From: Podarcis liolepis
Taxonomy: Eukaryota
DNA: 64,000 nt
Direction: 5' to 3' (one strand)
NCBI GenBank assembly: GCA_965112155.1
Contig: OZ218103.1
Shown piece after piece: positions 13,576 to 25,399 of this stretch (position 1 is its first letter; every line of letters begins with the position of its first letter). The notes beneath the pieces are model-generated. The model saw nothing but the letters and a program-made list of their open reading frames with translations, made no database searches and had not been told where the DNA came from. The position numbers were made by a program, and so were the translations under genes.

Positions 13576-13996
13576 CAGCGGCGTAGTGTGGGTTGTCAGC
13601 ACCCAGGGCAAGACAAGTAATTTGCGCCCCCTAACCCGGGGCAAGGCAAGTAATTTGCGCCCCCTAACCTGCTGCCGCTGCCAGCTTCTTCTTGCTGCTG
13701 CCTGGTCTGGTCTGGTGTGGTTCTCTCCCGCGCTCAGCGCTGCGCTGGGCGGCCGCTGCACTGTCCCTCCCCCAGATAGTCCCTCGCTCTCTCTCCGCAC
13801 CGCACGCCTGGCACCCACCCCCTCCACAGTGGGCGGCGACCCAGCGGCTCGGATCGGATTCACACAGCCAGCACTGCAGTGAGAGAGAGAGTGAGCGAGC
13901 CAGGTAGGGGCAGAGAGCTGCGAGTGCAAGTGCGCCCCCCCAGATGTTGCGCCCGGTGCGCCCGGGCCCCCCTGCACCCCCCACGCTACGCCACTG
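13576..13996. mobile_element. Non-autonomous hAT DNA transposon (GC-rich MITE)
   Basis: TIRs cagcggcgtag / ctacgccactg; perfect 8-bp TSD tccataac; internal ~31-bp tandem duplication. Confidence 0.9.
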
Positions 13997-14301
13997 TCCA
14001 TAACTGTCCTTCATAGGCTTTACTAAACCATGGGGAAAGAGATGGGAGCATGTGGTGGCCAGGAAACATGGAAACTTGCTGTGGGAACTGGATTTGCAGC
14101 TCAGCCTCTTGCCCAGAACAGGACAATACCAGAATTTTTATTTTTATTTTTTTTGTAAACTCTACTGTTATGCTCACTGACCACCACTTTACAGCAGTTT
14201 AATGAACATGCCAGTGTCTGTCTACAGTGAGTGTCTATGTAGTTTCCTGTTTAAATTCAAGAGTGTGTTTGGCTATTACTAGGAAAAGAAAATAACTCTA
14301 C

Positions 14302-14446
14302 CTGCTCCAGCGCTGTAGCAAGTTCATGTTTTTCTTGTTTCACCAGTTCTCCATCAAGGTGAGATTTTTCCAGTGCTTCTTTCATGGCTACCAACTCACT
14401 CTTTAACAATGAATGTTTTCCTTCAAGAGCATTCCGGTCTTCCTGA
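14302..14446 (-). CDS. CEP250: CEP250 coding exon 12 (QEDRNALEGK...ATALEQ)
   Basis: 145 nt, AG/GT. Confidence 0.9.
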
Positions 14447-14562
14447 CTGAATGAACACATACACTTATTTATTTTAAGTAGTGAAGTACATGAGAGCTCC
14501 AAAGCTTAACCGGGGCTGCAAATTTCATTTTCTAACATAAAAATCCTCATACAGCACCATAT

Positions 14563-14588
14563 TTATATATATATATATATATATATAT
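14563..14588. repeat. (TA)n microsatellite
   Basis: Direct read. Confidence 0.9.
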
Positions 14589-14832
14589 TGCAAATTTCAC
14601 AAATGCTATCCAGAGGGGCTCATTTTTAAAAGTGAAATTGGCAGAGCCCATACACAATCCTGACAAGAGGGTGAAGAAAGTGCAAAGATTCCAAATTTCC
14701 ACAACCTTCATAAAATGGAGAGGGATTGTTGTAAGAACTGGGTTTGTGAATGCTCTTGCCAGCTTCTCTTTTTCCTGTATTTTCCTAGCAACAAACGTAC
14801 TGCCCTTTGGGGGGGAAAGACAAAAGGCTCAC

Positions 14833-15015
14833 ATATATTCTCTCTCCCGCAGCATCCTTTCCAATTGATGCTGCTGTTCTTCTTTTTGGCCATCCACCAT
14901 GTCTCCTTTCAGCTGTAGCTCAGTATTGCTTCGGCGCAAGTGCTGGACTTCCAGTTCCAAGACTTCCAGCTGTTGCTGTAATTCTATCTTGGATTTATCC
15001 AGGGTGACATGGTCA
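14833..15015 (-). CDS. CEP250: CEP250 coding exon 11 (DHVTLDKSK...LRRSNTELQLKGD...)
   Basis: 183 nt, AG/GT. Confidence 0.9.
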
Positions 15016-15307
15016 CTGAGAAGAAAAAGTCTTCAGTTAGAGAAAAACCAAAAACAGAGATACACTGCAAAGTTTCATTGCACTTGTTTAGCTACTATTG
15101 ACTGAGCATCCTCCTTTTCCTATCTGGGCTACTGGAGAATACAGGGAAATGAGGACACCACCACATCTGAAAGGCAGAGTGACTTCTTGAGTACTGTCTC
15201 TCTCCAACCTGTGGATGCAAACTGCCCCAGGCAAACTTTGAAGAGCACAGACCACATATGAAGGTTTATTCACAATTTAAATAGGTGCTTCAAATCCAGA
15301 GAGATAT

Positions 15308-15418
15308 TGGGCTGAATCCAGCTAACTGCTACTCAGAGTAGACCCATTGGAAAAGCCACTTTTGCCCATTAATTACAATGGGTCTACTCTGAGTAGGACT
15401 AGCACTGGAGACAACCTA
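15308..15418. repeat. Old palindromic MITE-like element
   Basis: ctactcagagtagacccattg ... caatgggtctactctgagtag inverted arms. Confidence 0.65.
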
Positions 15419-15519
15419 CTGACTTGACAAGAGGAAAGAACACTGCAAGCCAAGAGAAGCATATGGATCTATTTTACAATACAAGTCTTTAAAGATGGGG
15501 AAAGCATTACATGTCTGAC

Positions 15520-15698
15520 CTGCGGTAAGTCTCCACCATGGACTGCAGATGCTGAAGTTGGCTAATGAGTGTGTCTTGCTCTCCTTCTAGCTGCTCAAGT
15601 TTTTGGCTTAGGAACTTACAGTGGTCTTTCTGCTGCTCTTGTTGCTTCTCCAGGGAGCTGACAGAATTTTGACTAGACAAGAGCTGCTGTCTCAGGTG
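15520..15698 (-). CDS. CEP250: CEP250 coding exon 10 (HLRQQLLSSQ...VETYR)
   Basis: 179 nt, AG/GT. Confidence 0.9.
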
Positions 15699-15848
15699 CT
15701 GCAAAAGGCGGCAAATTATAATGATTAGGGGGAAAGTGAGAGACTGAAGGGGTATTATATACAGACAGAGGTGGTTAAGCATTAGTCCACAGAGAAGCAG
15801 CAGCTGAAGACTGAAGGAATGTTATGTACAGGCAGAGAAAGTTGTAAG

Positions 15849-18311
15849 GTTGAGGTCACCATAAACAGAATTCTGGTGACAGCAGTAGTTCCAGCTTCAT
15901 GGAAACACACATTCATTACCCAGATCCCAAACCAAGACAGTGACTTAACAAAGACTAAAATTTACAGACCAATTTCATTCTTGAACTGTGATTATAAACT
16001 ATTTGCTACAATCTTGGCTAGTAGATTGAAAAGGACACTGAGTCAGTTCACAGAGACCAGGCCGACAAATGAAAGACAATATAAGAAATGCAATCAATTT
16101 ACCTGGAAGTAAGAAATGAAAAACAGGCTGCCCTAATCTTTCTAGATGTGGAGAAAGCTTTTGACAATATTTCATGGTCTTTTGTGATTAAGGTTCTGGA
16201 GAAAATGGAAATAGGAAATTCTTTCCTAGCAGGAATTAAAGCAATCTATACTGATCAATCTGCAAATATATTAGTAAACAATATTCTTTCAGATAAATGC
16301 CAAATAGAAAAAGAAACGAAACAAGGCTGTCCCCTATTTCCACTGTTGTTTATTATGACATTAGAAATATTGCTTCAGAATGTAAGGAGAAATAGAGAAA
16401 TTAAAAGTATTGAGGTGGGATGTAGAGACTGTAAATTAAGGGCATTTGCTGACGATGTGGAGTTGACACAAGAACAACCTTTGGAGAGTGTTCCCAAAAC
16501 ATTGGAAGAAAATAAAAGGTTTGGAGAAGTGGTGGGTTTCAAGATAAACCCATATAAAACCAAAATGTTGGTCAAAAACATGGATGAGCAGTCGATAAAT
16601 TTTTTAGAAAGGATGTCTGGTTTAAAAATAAGCAAAAAAATTAAGTGTTTGGAAATTTGGCTGACAAATTCCCAAATTCAACCTATTTGAAAGTAATTAT
16701 ATTTAAATTGTGGAAAGAGGTTAAGAAAGAGTTGGAGATAGGGAAAGTTTCATTCTCCCCCATGTTAGGTAGAATTTCACCCATTAAAATGAATATATTC
16801 CCTAGGATCCTGTTTTTATTCTGATCTAATCTGATTGTAAATAATCCAAGCTTCTTCAAAGAATGGAAAAAAAGATATTTCTAAATTCATATGACAGGGA
16901 GAAAAGCCAAGAATTAAACAAAAAATTCTGATAGATGCAAAAGAAAGAGGAAGCTTTGCCCTGCCAGACCTGCAATTGTATTATGAGGCAGCTTGTTTGA
17001 ATTGGTTAAAAGAATGAATTGTATTGGGCAATGCAGACATTTTAGATTTAGTAGGCCATGATTAAAATTTAGCTGGCATGCATATCTGGTATGGGAAGGC
17101 TAAAATTTATAAGAGTTTCATGAACCACATTCTTAGAAAGAATCTGTATAGAGTCTGGGAGAAATACAAAAATCTGCTGGAAATAAAAAATCCTTTATAG
17201 CTAACTCCCATCGAAGCAATTACAATTAAGAGAGTTAATATGGATAGACAATGGGCGACTTACAGGGAACTGCTGGATTTTACAGGGAGGGAACCCAAAC
17301 TGAAACCAATGGAAAACTTAAGGAGCTAGGTTACGGATTGGCTACAATATCAATAGACACACAATATGTTTAAATTAGATTAAAAGAATGGATTTCTGGA
17401 CCAAAGCTCACAATCTGAAAAAGAACTTTTACAAAATAAGGGTAAACGTCTGTCTAAAATGTGTAATTTTTATTAGAATGGGAAACAAAAGACGAGCTTA
17501 TTAAAATTTCAATGACACAATGGGCAATAGATATAGGACACAATATAGATTTCAACCTCTGGGAGAAACTTTGGGAAAATGATCTGAAATTTATTGCATG
17601 TTACTCACTAAAAGAGAAGTATTTATAAATGATCCATAGATAGTGTTTAACTCCAGATAGGTTGGCCAAGATCAGATACGTATTGGAAAAGTAAAGAAGT
17701 GGAGGGAACCTTTTTTCATATGTGGTAGACATGTAAAAAGGTAAAAAGTTTATTGGGAAATGATTTATAATGAGTTGAAAAAAATGTTTAACATTATTTC
17801 CGCCCCAAAAAACAGAGTCCTTTTTATTGGGAATAACCCAGACAGAAATTCCAAGGTGTCATAAAAGGTTATTTATGTATGCAACAACTGTGGCCCATGT
17901 TCTGTTAGCCCAAAAATGATAACTGAGCAAGATCCCAACAAAAGAGGATTGGCAACTTTAGTTGATTGAATATGCAGAATTTGCAGATTTAACATATAGA
18001 ATAAGAGAGCAAGAAGAACATATATTTAAATAAGAGTAGAAAACATTTATTGAATAAATGGAAAATAACTGTACACAGCTGAAAAACCTGGCATCATTAA
18101 GATAAATTCAACAGTGTAAATAATATTTGATTGATGTAAAAGAAGAAAACTGATCTGAATGGTATGGTAAAATATGCAGGAATGTATGACATGTAAAATG
18201 AACCATGGAAGGAGAAGGAGGGAAATCATTGGGTATTTTAAAGTTTGCAAAATGCTTACTTTGAAATGTAAAACTGAAAACTTAATTAAAATTATAATTA
18301 AAAAAATAAAA
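15849..18311 (+). mobile_element. 5'-truncated, degenerate L1-clade LINE (ORF2 RT and C-terminus) in CEP250 intron 9
   Basis: RT motifs YRPISFLNCDYK, LDVEKAFD, QGCPLFPLLF, FADD; stops/frameshifts; A-rich tail; 15-bp TSD agagaaagttgtaag at 15834-15848 and 18312-18326. Confidence 0.93.
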
Positions 18312-18593
18312 AGAGAAAGTTGTAAGATTGGACATAAACAGAATGCTCATGGGGAAAGGGAGTGATTAGAAAAGTGGAAAGAACAAATCACCAATGCAAG
18401 ACCTGTCTGGGAAAGAAATGACTGTCAAAACCAGCTTGACGGAACTAGGAATACTTATTAGCAGGAAGAGGAAGAGGTTGAAATTTATAAGGCAGAGCAT
18501 CAAAGGCAGAGAAAAGTGCTATACGAGGTGTGGAGTTTTACTACTGGTGATGTGATAGTCTTACTGGCAAGGGAACCTCTGAAGTTCTCTCAC

Positions 18594-18746
18594 CTGCACT
18601 TCATTGCTTCTCCTAGTCAGCACCTCACGCACCAGCAGGACAGCCCTATCTGGGTCACCAGGGTTCAACTGCAAGAAGCTACAAGGCTCAGCATAGTTCT
18701 CATCCTGTGGGGTGCCAATCGTTGCATCACTCTCATTGATTACTGC
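18594..18746 (-). CDS. CEP250: CEP250 coding exon 9 (AVINESD...VLTRRSNEVQ)
   Basis: 153 nt, AG/GT, similar to human LVRSVLTRR. Confidence 0.88.
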
Positions 18747-18951
18747 CTGAAATCCAAGACCAACGTTACTTTCTCAGTTCTGTACAATCAAAAAATTGCA
18801 CCCCGCTATCTATTTGTCTTTCACTTCTGCTGGAAAATAATGATCCATTGCATTTTCAAGGATGGGAAATTATGATGATGGGGCAAAATACAACCCAGCA
18901 AAATGGCGGCAGCAAAATCTAGGATTACATAATCAGCCAAGGGAAATCAAC

Positions 18952-18994
18952 TAATAATAATAATAACAGTAGTAGTAGTAGTAGTAGTAGTAGT
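18952..18994. repeat. (TAA)n(TAG)n compound microsatellite
   Basis: Direct read. Confidence 0.9.
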
Positions 18995-19242
18995 ATCAGG
19001 GCTTAATTTGTGTCAAGCCTTACCAGCGCTTAGTCCTCACAAAAGTTTTGAAATCAGTTTTTAAACACTGAAATACATGAACAAATGGAAGTGCCCCAAG
19101 CAGGTGCAAAATATGTAAAACCTGTGTTTAAAGTTTAGATCATATGTTTATACCACATCTGCTTTCATTAATTTTGTTTTTAAATACAGACATGGGAAAT
19201 TCTACAGAAGCAACCATGAAGACAGATTCCAGTTAGGTCTAC

Positions 19243-19341
19243 CTCAGTTATTTCTTTTATCACATGCTGAAGTGAAAGTATCTCTTCATGTGTATTATTG
19301 CTCAGTGATTGTTCATATTCTTTCTGCAAGCGATCAGCCTC
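19243..19341 (-). CDS. CEP250: CEP250 coding exon 8 (EADRLQKEY...VIKEITE)
   Basis: 99 nt, AG/GT. Confidence 0.9.
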
Positions 19342-19370
19342 CTAGAAAAAGAATAAGGGAGATTAAGAGG

Positions 19371-19617
19371 GAGCTACTGCCCACCTAGCAGTTCAAAAGC
19401 ATGTCAAAGTGCAAGTAGATAAATAGGTACCGCTCCGGCGGGAAGGTAAACGGCGTTTCCGTGTGCTGCTCTGGTTCGCCAGAAGCGGCTTGGTCATGCT
19501 GGCCACATGACCCGGAAGCTGTATGCCGGCTCCCTCGGCCAATAAAGCGAGATGAGCGCCGCAACCCCAGAGTCGTCCGCGACTGGACCTAATGGTCAGG
19601 GGTCCCTTTACCTTTAC
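19371..19617 (+). mobile_element. Sauria SINE, 5'-truncated
   Basis: Reverse complement of 11994-12220; ends ccctttaccttta. Confidence 0.9.
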
Positions 19618-20048
19618 ACCTTCTTCTAGAGGTGCAATTCCCTCAGATATAGCTCATATTTTAAAGCACAGGTTTAAGAAGAGTACTGAATGACAGCATC
19701 ATATCAGTGGAGTGTCTCCAAATGCCTGCTTACATCACTAACCAGAACTAAGATGCCAAAGAAAATACGTTTTAAAAAAGTCTGTCTATAGGCAAGTCCA
19801 GAAGAAAGAAGCAAAGCAGATTTCCTCAGAAACTTCAGATAACCTTTTTCCAGTTGTTGCATTCTATACCATAGAATCACTTGAGAATTGCAACCCTTCG
19901 CAACAACTCGCTCTTAGACACCTCTATTCTAAGTGCTGACAGTCTCTACTATTAGATATATATACGGAATGAGCAGTTCCTCTTCATGTTTACAATAGGA
20001 CAAAGAACGTTTCTCCACAACAGCCACTGGATTATTTTTCAAACATAC

Positions 20049-20145
20049 CAGAATCTCCACAGTGTCTCTGAGAGTCTTCATTGACCTTTCCTTCTCCTCA
20101 TTCTGTTTTTGAGACTGTTCAAGCAAGGCAGTCAACTCTATCACC
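20049..20145 (-). CDS. CEP250: CEP250 coding exon 7 (VIELTALLEQSQKQNE...TVEIL)
   Basis: 97 nt, AG/GT. Confidence 0.92.
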
Positions 20146-20190
20146 CTTGGAAAAAGAAGAGAAGCATTTACAGCACACTAGGCTTTTCAC

Positions 20191-20258
20191 TAATAATAAT
20201 AAATTTTTATTTATATCCTGCCCTCCCCAGCTGAAGCCGGGCTCAGGGCGGCTAACAC
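20191..20258 (-). mobile_element. LINE/SINE 3' end with (TTA)n tail (L2-type)
   Basis: Near-identical in reverse complement to 42830-42897. Confidence 0.7.
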
Positions 20259-20651
20259 ATTAGCACAGGGGTTGCCAATCCTGCACCTGTGAACGTCTTC
20301 ACTGGTGACCCTAGGCAGGGCCCACAGATTTTGAGCTTTCATTTTTTAAAAAAATGTAAATCTCCAACCACCTTAGGAAAAAAGTTATGAAGCAAATTGT
20401 GCAGCAACACATACTCCTATACAACTTCACATGCCCAAAGTTGCAGACACCAAACCACTTAGTCTATACTTCACAACTCATTTGACATCAACTATACTAG
20501 CTTAAAATATAGCCTTTGTCTTTTTTATCCTCTTCCTCACCCCCCCTCACCCCCAGCTCAAGAATCACCGGTCAATATTTTTTTTAAAGACTAAACCACA
20601 CTGGGTTGAATCCCTTCTCTGGATCAGTGACTGATCTCTGAGATTTTAGTA

Positions 20652-20755
20652 CAGTGGTACCTTGGCTGTCGAACTTAATCCGTTCCAGGAGTCTGTTGAA
20701 CTCCCGGAACCATTCGAAAACCAAGGTGTAGCTTCCGATTGGCTGCAGGAGCTTC
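20652..20755. mobile_element. Truncated Tigger/pogo-type MITE
   Basis: TA+cagtggtacct terminus; similar to one end of 39461-39711. Confidence 0.7.
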
Positions 20756-20905
20756 TAGGTGGCCACTTTAAGAGAATACTAGATTCAATAGGCCTTTGGT
20801 CTGATTCAGCAGCACTGTTATGTCATTATGTCCCATCTGACTCTTTAAAAAATCTACAGTAAATGAGGACAGCAGCTAGTGGGGCCTTTTAAGGAGGTAC
20901 TTTAC

Positions 20906-21163
20906 CTGTTATGAAGATCCTCCTTTGCTAATTCTCCTTTGACATGCAAACTCACAATTGCTTGTGCTTGCTGGTATATTTCCTTTTCCATATCCAACTT
21001 CTTGGGCCTGATATGAAGTTGCTGCTGTTGGGCCTGTCCCCTCAGGGTAAGTTTTTCAAAACTATTGGTATCCAAGAGCTGTGTGCCAGAACTTAAGTGT
21101 AAGCAACTGACAAGTATACAGCCAGAAAGTCTTGCTTGCTCAGCCTTCAGCTCAGACAGATCC
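20906..21163 (-). CDS. CEP250: CEP250 coding exon 6 (DLSELKAEQARLSG...EDLHNR)
   Basis: 258 nt, AG/GT, frame-consistent. Confidence 0.9.
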
Positions 21164-21318
21164 CTGAAACAGAAACAAATAATACTATACTGGACAAAAA
21201 AAAATAAATTACAGATTTAAAGACGTGAAAAGCTAGAGTCAGTCCCCCCCCCCCCCCCGTTAATCAGCTATTTTAGTTCAGCAAATGATTTCACATTCAA
21301 CTGACAGAAAAACCTCAC

Positions 21319-21425
21319 CTGTCAGTTGCTGTCTTCATTTCCACAAAATAACGGTGCAAGGTCACTACTTGCCGCCATATGCCAAAGAGACGATCATGTT
21401 CAGTCCGCATATAACTCTCAAAGAA
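21319..21425 (-). CDS. CEP250: CEP250 coding exon 5 (FFESYMRTEHDRL...EMKTATDR)
   Basis: 107 nt, AG/GT, frame-consistent. Confidence 0.92.
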
Positions 21426-22072
21426 CTATATATGTAAAGACAACAGCAAGTCACAGCTTTATTTTCCCAGCCTAAAACAAAAACTGCTTTCTTTCAAAAA
21501 TGCATATTTAATTATTGCCAGCAGCATTCAGAATCATGTTAAAGACTTTCAGAACCGACAAAACTGAGTCTCTTTAAACTGTTAAAAAATACATTTCTCT
21601 GAAATTTGAAAAAGCTTTTATTATATTGTTTAGGACTGACCAATTATTGAGAAGTCTGGAAAGAAGTCAAATGGTTGAGAAATACTTTTCTAACCTAGAA
21701 TGCATGGATCGTATAGGATAATCTCATAATACACAGCATTTTCCACATCAATTAAAGGTATGTTCAGATCTATACTGAATACAGGAGTTGTTTTTTCTTC
21801 ACGACACTACCTCTGAAAATCATTCACTGGGAACTGCATGTCTATAACTTACATTATAAGTTACGTATATTAAATATGAAACAATTTCCGCAGCGTCTTG
21901 ACTTCTAGAACAATGTACATCGGTACGCACCCTGAATTAATATTCTACTGTTTTCTTAATCCCAGCCAATGCCTGCCAAACCAGAAATGAGTATTTGTGC
22001 CTAGAATATAAGGTTAATCAATAAGGAAATCCACCTTCCCTACCCAGTATCTTATTAATGACACATTCCTAC

Positions 22073-22238
22073 CTCCCGCTCTTTATGCCATTCGCTCTCC
22101 TTGTGCTCTAGCTCATCTCTGGCCCTTGTCCAGTCAGCTATCAGCTTGCTGACATCCTCTCGGAGAGCCCCATTCACCTCATTGGCTTTGTCCAAGTGCT
22201 CACGGAGCAAGTTGTTCACCCCAGCCAAATTCTCACAT
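22073..22238 (-). CDS. CEP250: CEP250 coding exon 4 (CENLAGVNNLLREHLDKA...EWHKERE)
   Basis: 166 nt, AG/GT, rootletin-family motif DWTRARDEL. Confidence 0.92.
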
Positions 22239-22377
22239 CTGAAGCGTAGGGGAAAGGCAATGGATTAGCAAATCTCTATTGTAAAGGTCCCAATAAGATG
22301 AAATGATGGTGCTGCAGCTGTTGCACTGCTTTCCCCAAGAACCAGCTCAGATAAAGCTTCTGCAAAAGCTCACTCAC

Positions 22378-22460
22378 CTCTGCTGCTCTTCTTCCAACTG
22401 GATCAGCGCTTTCTCTAGACTATGGTCCTCTTTACGATCCCACTGGTGTGGATGGGACCC
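22378..22460 (-). CDS. CEP250: CEP250 coding exon 3 (GSHPHQW...LEEEQQR)
   Basis: 83 nt, AG/GT, LEEEQQR motif. Confidence 0.92.
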
Positions 22461-23053
22461 CTTTGCAAAAAAGGCAGACAATTTAATCAAAACAACATCC
22501 ATATTAAGTCTATTCCCTCTCTTCAGGATCTCCTTGTTAACGTCCCATGAATCAATAAGCCAGTGAAAAGCTGAGGTGAGCACAACTTGAAGTGCATTTG
22601 TTTGCATGTTTAGGGTTTTTCTTGCTTAATGAAAGATGCTTAAGGGCCAAACAAGACACAGTGTCATTCACAACTTTAGTCCTTGTGTGGCTTATTTTTG
22701 AAAATAACTGGAGAAAATGGAACTATAATCACTTGGCCCCACTATTATCCCAGTGAGAATCCACCCCTCCACACACACCTGCTGTTCATAATAGAAGATT
22801 AGTCAAAGCTATGTCATAATTTGATTTCCTTGCTAGTTTCCATGTAAATAAGCATGCCCATTGTTTGTGACATTACAGCATATACTGAACTATGCTAATT
22901 TCTTTTAACAGTGATCACAAAAGGGAAGTAGACCACTTCAAGGAAAAATAGCAATAAACTTCCCTTGCCAGGACAAGGGCACCAATTTCTCCAACACTTT
23001 GTTACCAATAGCAAAACCACAAAAAAATGGTACTCACATACTTTAAAACTTAC

Positions 23054-23110
23054 CCTATTTGCTTCCAGACGCATTTCTAACTCCTTGCACCAATTACGAT
23101 ATTGCAGCAC
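23054..23110 (-). CDS. CEP250: CEP250 coding exon 2 (VLQYRNWCKELEMRLEANR)
   Basis: 57 nt, AG/GT, similar to human VLQYRSWCQELEKRLEA. Confidence 0.92.
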
Positions 23111-23254
23111 CTGCAATAAAACAGGAAAAGTTGGTATATTATTATTATTATTACCTCTTAGAGTGTGTATGCAGCAACACCCTTCATGAAATTCTAAGAG
23201 TTCTGAGTTTGTTCCAAGTTGTTTAGGGATGATTTTGTGCATTGCACATACATA

Positions 23255-23377
23255 AGTAAAGGTAAAGGGACCCCTGACCATTATGTCCAGTCGTGACCGA
23301 CTCTGGGATTGCGGCGCTCATCTCGTTTTATTGGCAGAGGGAGCCGGCGTACAGCTTCCAGGTCATGTGGCCAGCAT
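23255..23377 (-). mobile_element. Sauria SINE 3' fragment
   Basis: aaaggtaaagggacccctgaccatt... shared with other copies. Confidence 0.88.
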
Positions 23378-23766
23378 TTATATCACCATTTATATCAAAT
23401 GGCAAATTAGCTGGTTATTGATGCATCAGCTTAACTTCCTGCAAGCACAGCAGAGTGCCTTTGAAGTAGTACAATGATGCTAATATTTACCAGTTGGCAC
23501 AGCAGCTCATTGCTTCGGGGAGGAGGGGGTACAGGTTTTCAGAAAGACAGAAAAACGGGGGATATCGCAAGTTTAGAACTGAGCAATTCGCCAAGTCAGG
23601 AAAAAGGTTCTATGCCCAAAATGCATATTTGGAAGAACAGCAGATAAACTTGTTTTCAAGCAAGCACTTTATTCTTCATGTACCCTTCTTCCATCCACCA
23701 AGAGCTCTCTACTCAAAATTCATCATCTCCTTATTTGAGATATCACTAGAAATGTAATGCTTTTAC

Positions 23767-23949
23767 CTTTGCCTGTAACTTTTGTACAAGTACTGCCTGC
23801 CTATGCTGTGCCTCCTGGGAATTCTGTAGTCTGTGTTGATAGGATGCCTGATTTTCCACCATCTGGTGATGTAGTGCCACTAGTTGCTCTTCTGGAAGTA
23901 AGTGAACTGTCTGTGTTTTCATACTGCTTGCTGCTTGGTCTCCTTCCAT
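23767..23949 (-). CDS. CEP250: CEP250 coding exon 1 (MEGDQAASSMK...VQKLQAK)
   Basis: tttag|ATG at 23949, donor GTAAAA; similar to human N-terminus. Confidence 0.9.
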
Positions 23950-25399
23950 CTAAAGGTCAAAGCAGAAAGAAGCAAGACTGGTTTAATTAATCTAGCAGAC
24001 AAGATGGCCCTGATGGCTCTACTTCCTCAAAAGGAAAAATGCACAAAGATGGGAAATAATTTGCTTTGTTTCCAACAGAAGAAAAAAAAATGTTGTTAGC
24101 TGGAAAGCCATTTCAACAGTCTTGTTGCAGGCTTCCATTCTGTATAAAGAATGAAAAAGCATTAGTTATGACATTTGTCAAGCCTAAATTCTGGCAAAAA
24201 GGAAAAAGAAAAGGTTTCTCTGGAATTCTAACCAGTTGAGAAAATGGTTCTTTGTATTTCCAGACAAGAATGCAGAGTTACACACATGAGACAAAGGTGA
24301 GAGTTCAGCACTCCTAATCCTTATGGACACAGCGAATGACAATTCTTGTAAATTTAGATATATATATTTCATCTAGCACATTTTGGTCAGTCATTTTTGA
24401 GTCATATTTTATGAGAATGGGGATATTACCAAAAACACACAAACAAACCATAAAGCGGTGTGTTACAGAGTCAAGAAAAAGCAGGTGGAGATGCGAGAGA
24501 CCAACCTCAAGCTGACATTTTAAAAAGTTTTAATATGATTGAGTAAAAGCAAAAATGTGACTAATAAATTTCAAATGGAAATCTTCCTTGCATCAACTGA
24601 GCCAATATCTTTTTCTTACAAAGGAAGTGTGGTCCTATGTTTGTTTGTTTGTTTTCAAAAACAATTCCCGCTATGCTGCTTATTCTCAAGGAAATGCATC
24701 AGTCTGCATTTTTAGAAATCATAATTTCAATATAACATGTTATGGTTTGTCAATAATCTATGGTTTTGCACAACTCTGTCAATATTCTGAAACAAATTCC
24801 TACAGTCCATTCTGTATAGCTGCAAATCACAACATGCAGGATTGTCACATGTGCACTTGGAATAAGTACGAATTCCAACAAAGAACTAAATCTATGCAAG
24901 AATTCCATGTGTGAAAAGCACAAATAAATATAAATTCTCTTTTCTCACCACTTGTCCTTGATAAGATAACTATCCATCTCAACTTTACGGTGGATAACAT
25001 TAAACATCCTAGCCATGTTAGTCTGTGGAAGCAAAAAACAACTTTTTTTGTCTTGTGGCACTTACAAACTTATCAAGACCCAAGCTTTCATGGCGCAGAG
25101 TCCATAACCTATTTCCCTGTGCATTTATTTGAAAGTATAATGGATTTCCAGGCGTTTTACTTGCTGGAAATTGCATAGAAATGCATCCCTGATACTTTCC
25201 CTAACCTAATGCACCTCAAGACTATTTACAACAATCTTGTAATGCAGATTGGCACTATCTCATGCCTGCTTACTCAAAAACAAGTTCCGTTGAATCCAAT
25301 CGGGCTTTACTTGCAAGTGCTTAGGATCTTAACCTTAGGACTTTTGAGTTTGCAACGACAGTAAGCAGCCACATATATCTGCACGAGTTTTGAGGCGGT

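Larger units (their letters stand above)
200..23949 (-). other. CEP250: CEP250 (C-Nap1, centrosomal linker coiled-coil protein) gene, 5' portion: 24 coding exons in window, continues beyond left edge
   Basis: Exon chain built by hand with canonical GT-AG and consistent phases; translation follows human C-Nap1 (SQEAQHRQAVLVQKLQAK-VLQYRNWC, LNEALALDKV, EKAALEVRL, GEVRCL); head-to-head with GDF5 as in mammals. Confidence 0.95.

Noticed and set aside
13543-14014. Several overlapping ORFs of 70-150 aa
   Set aside because: Arise from the GC-rich hAT MITE
15819-16690. Reverse-transcriptase ORFs as an active or domesticated gene
   Set aside because: Fragmented by frameshifts and stops; truncated L1 relic with TSD
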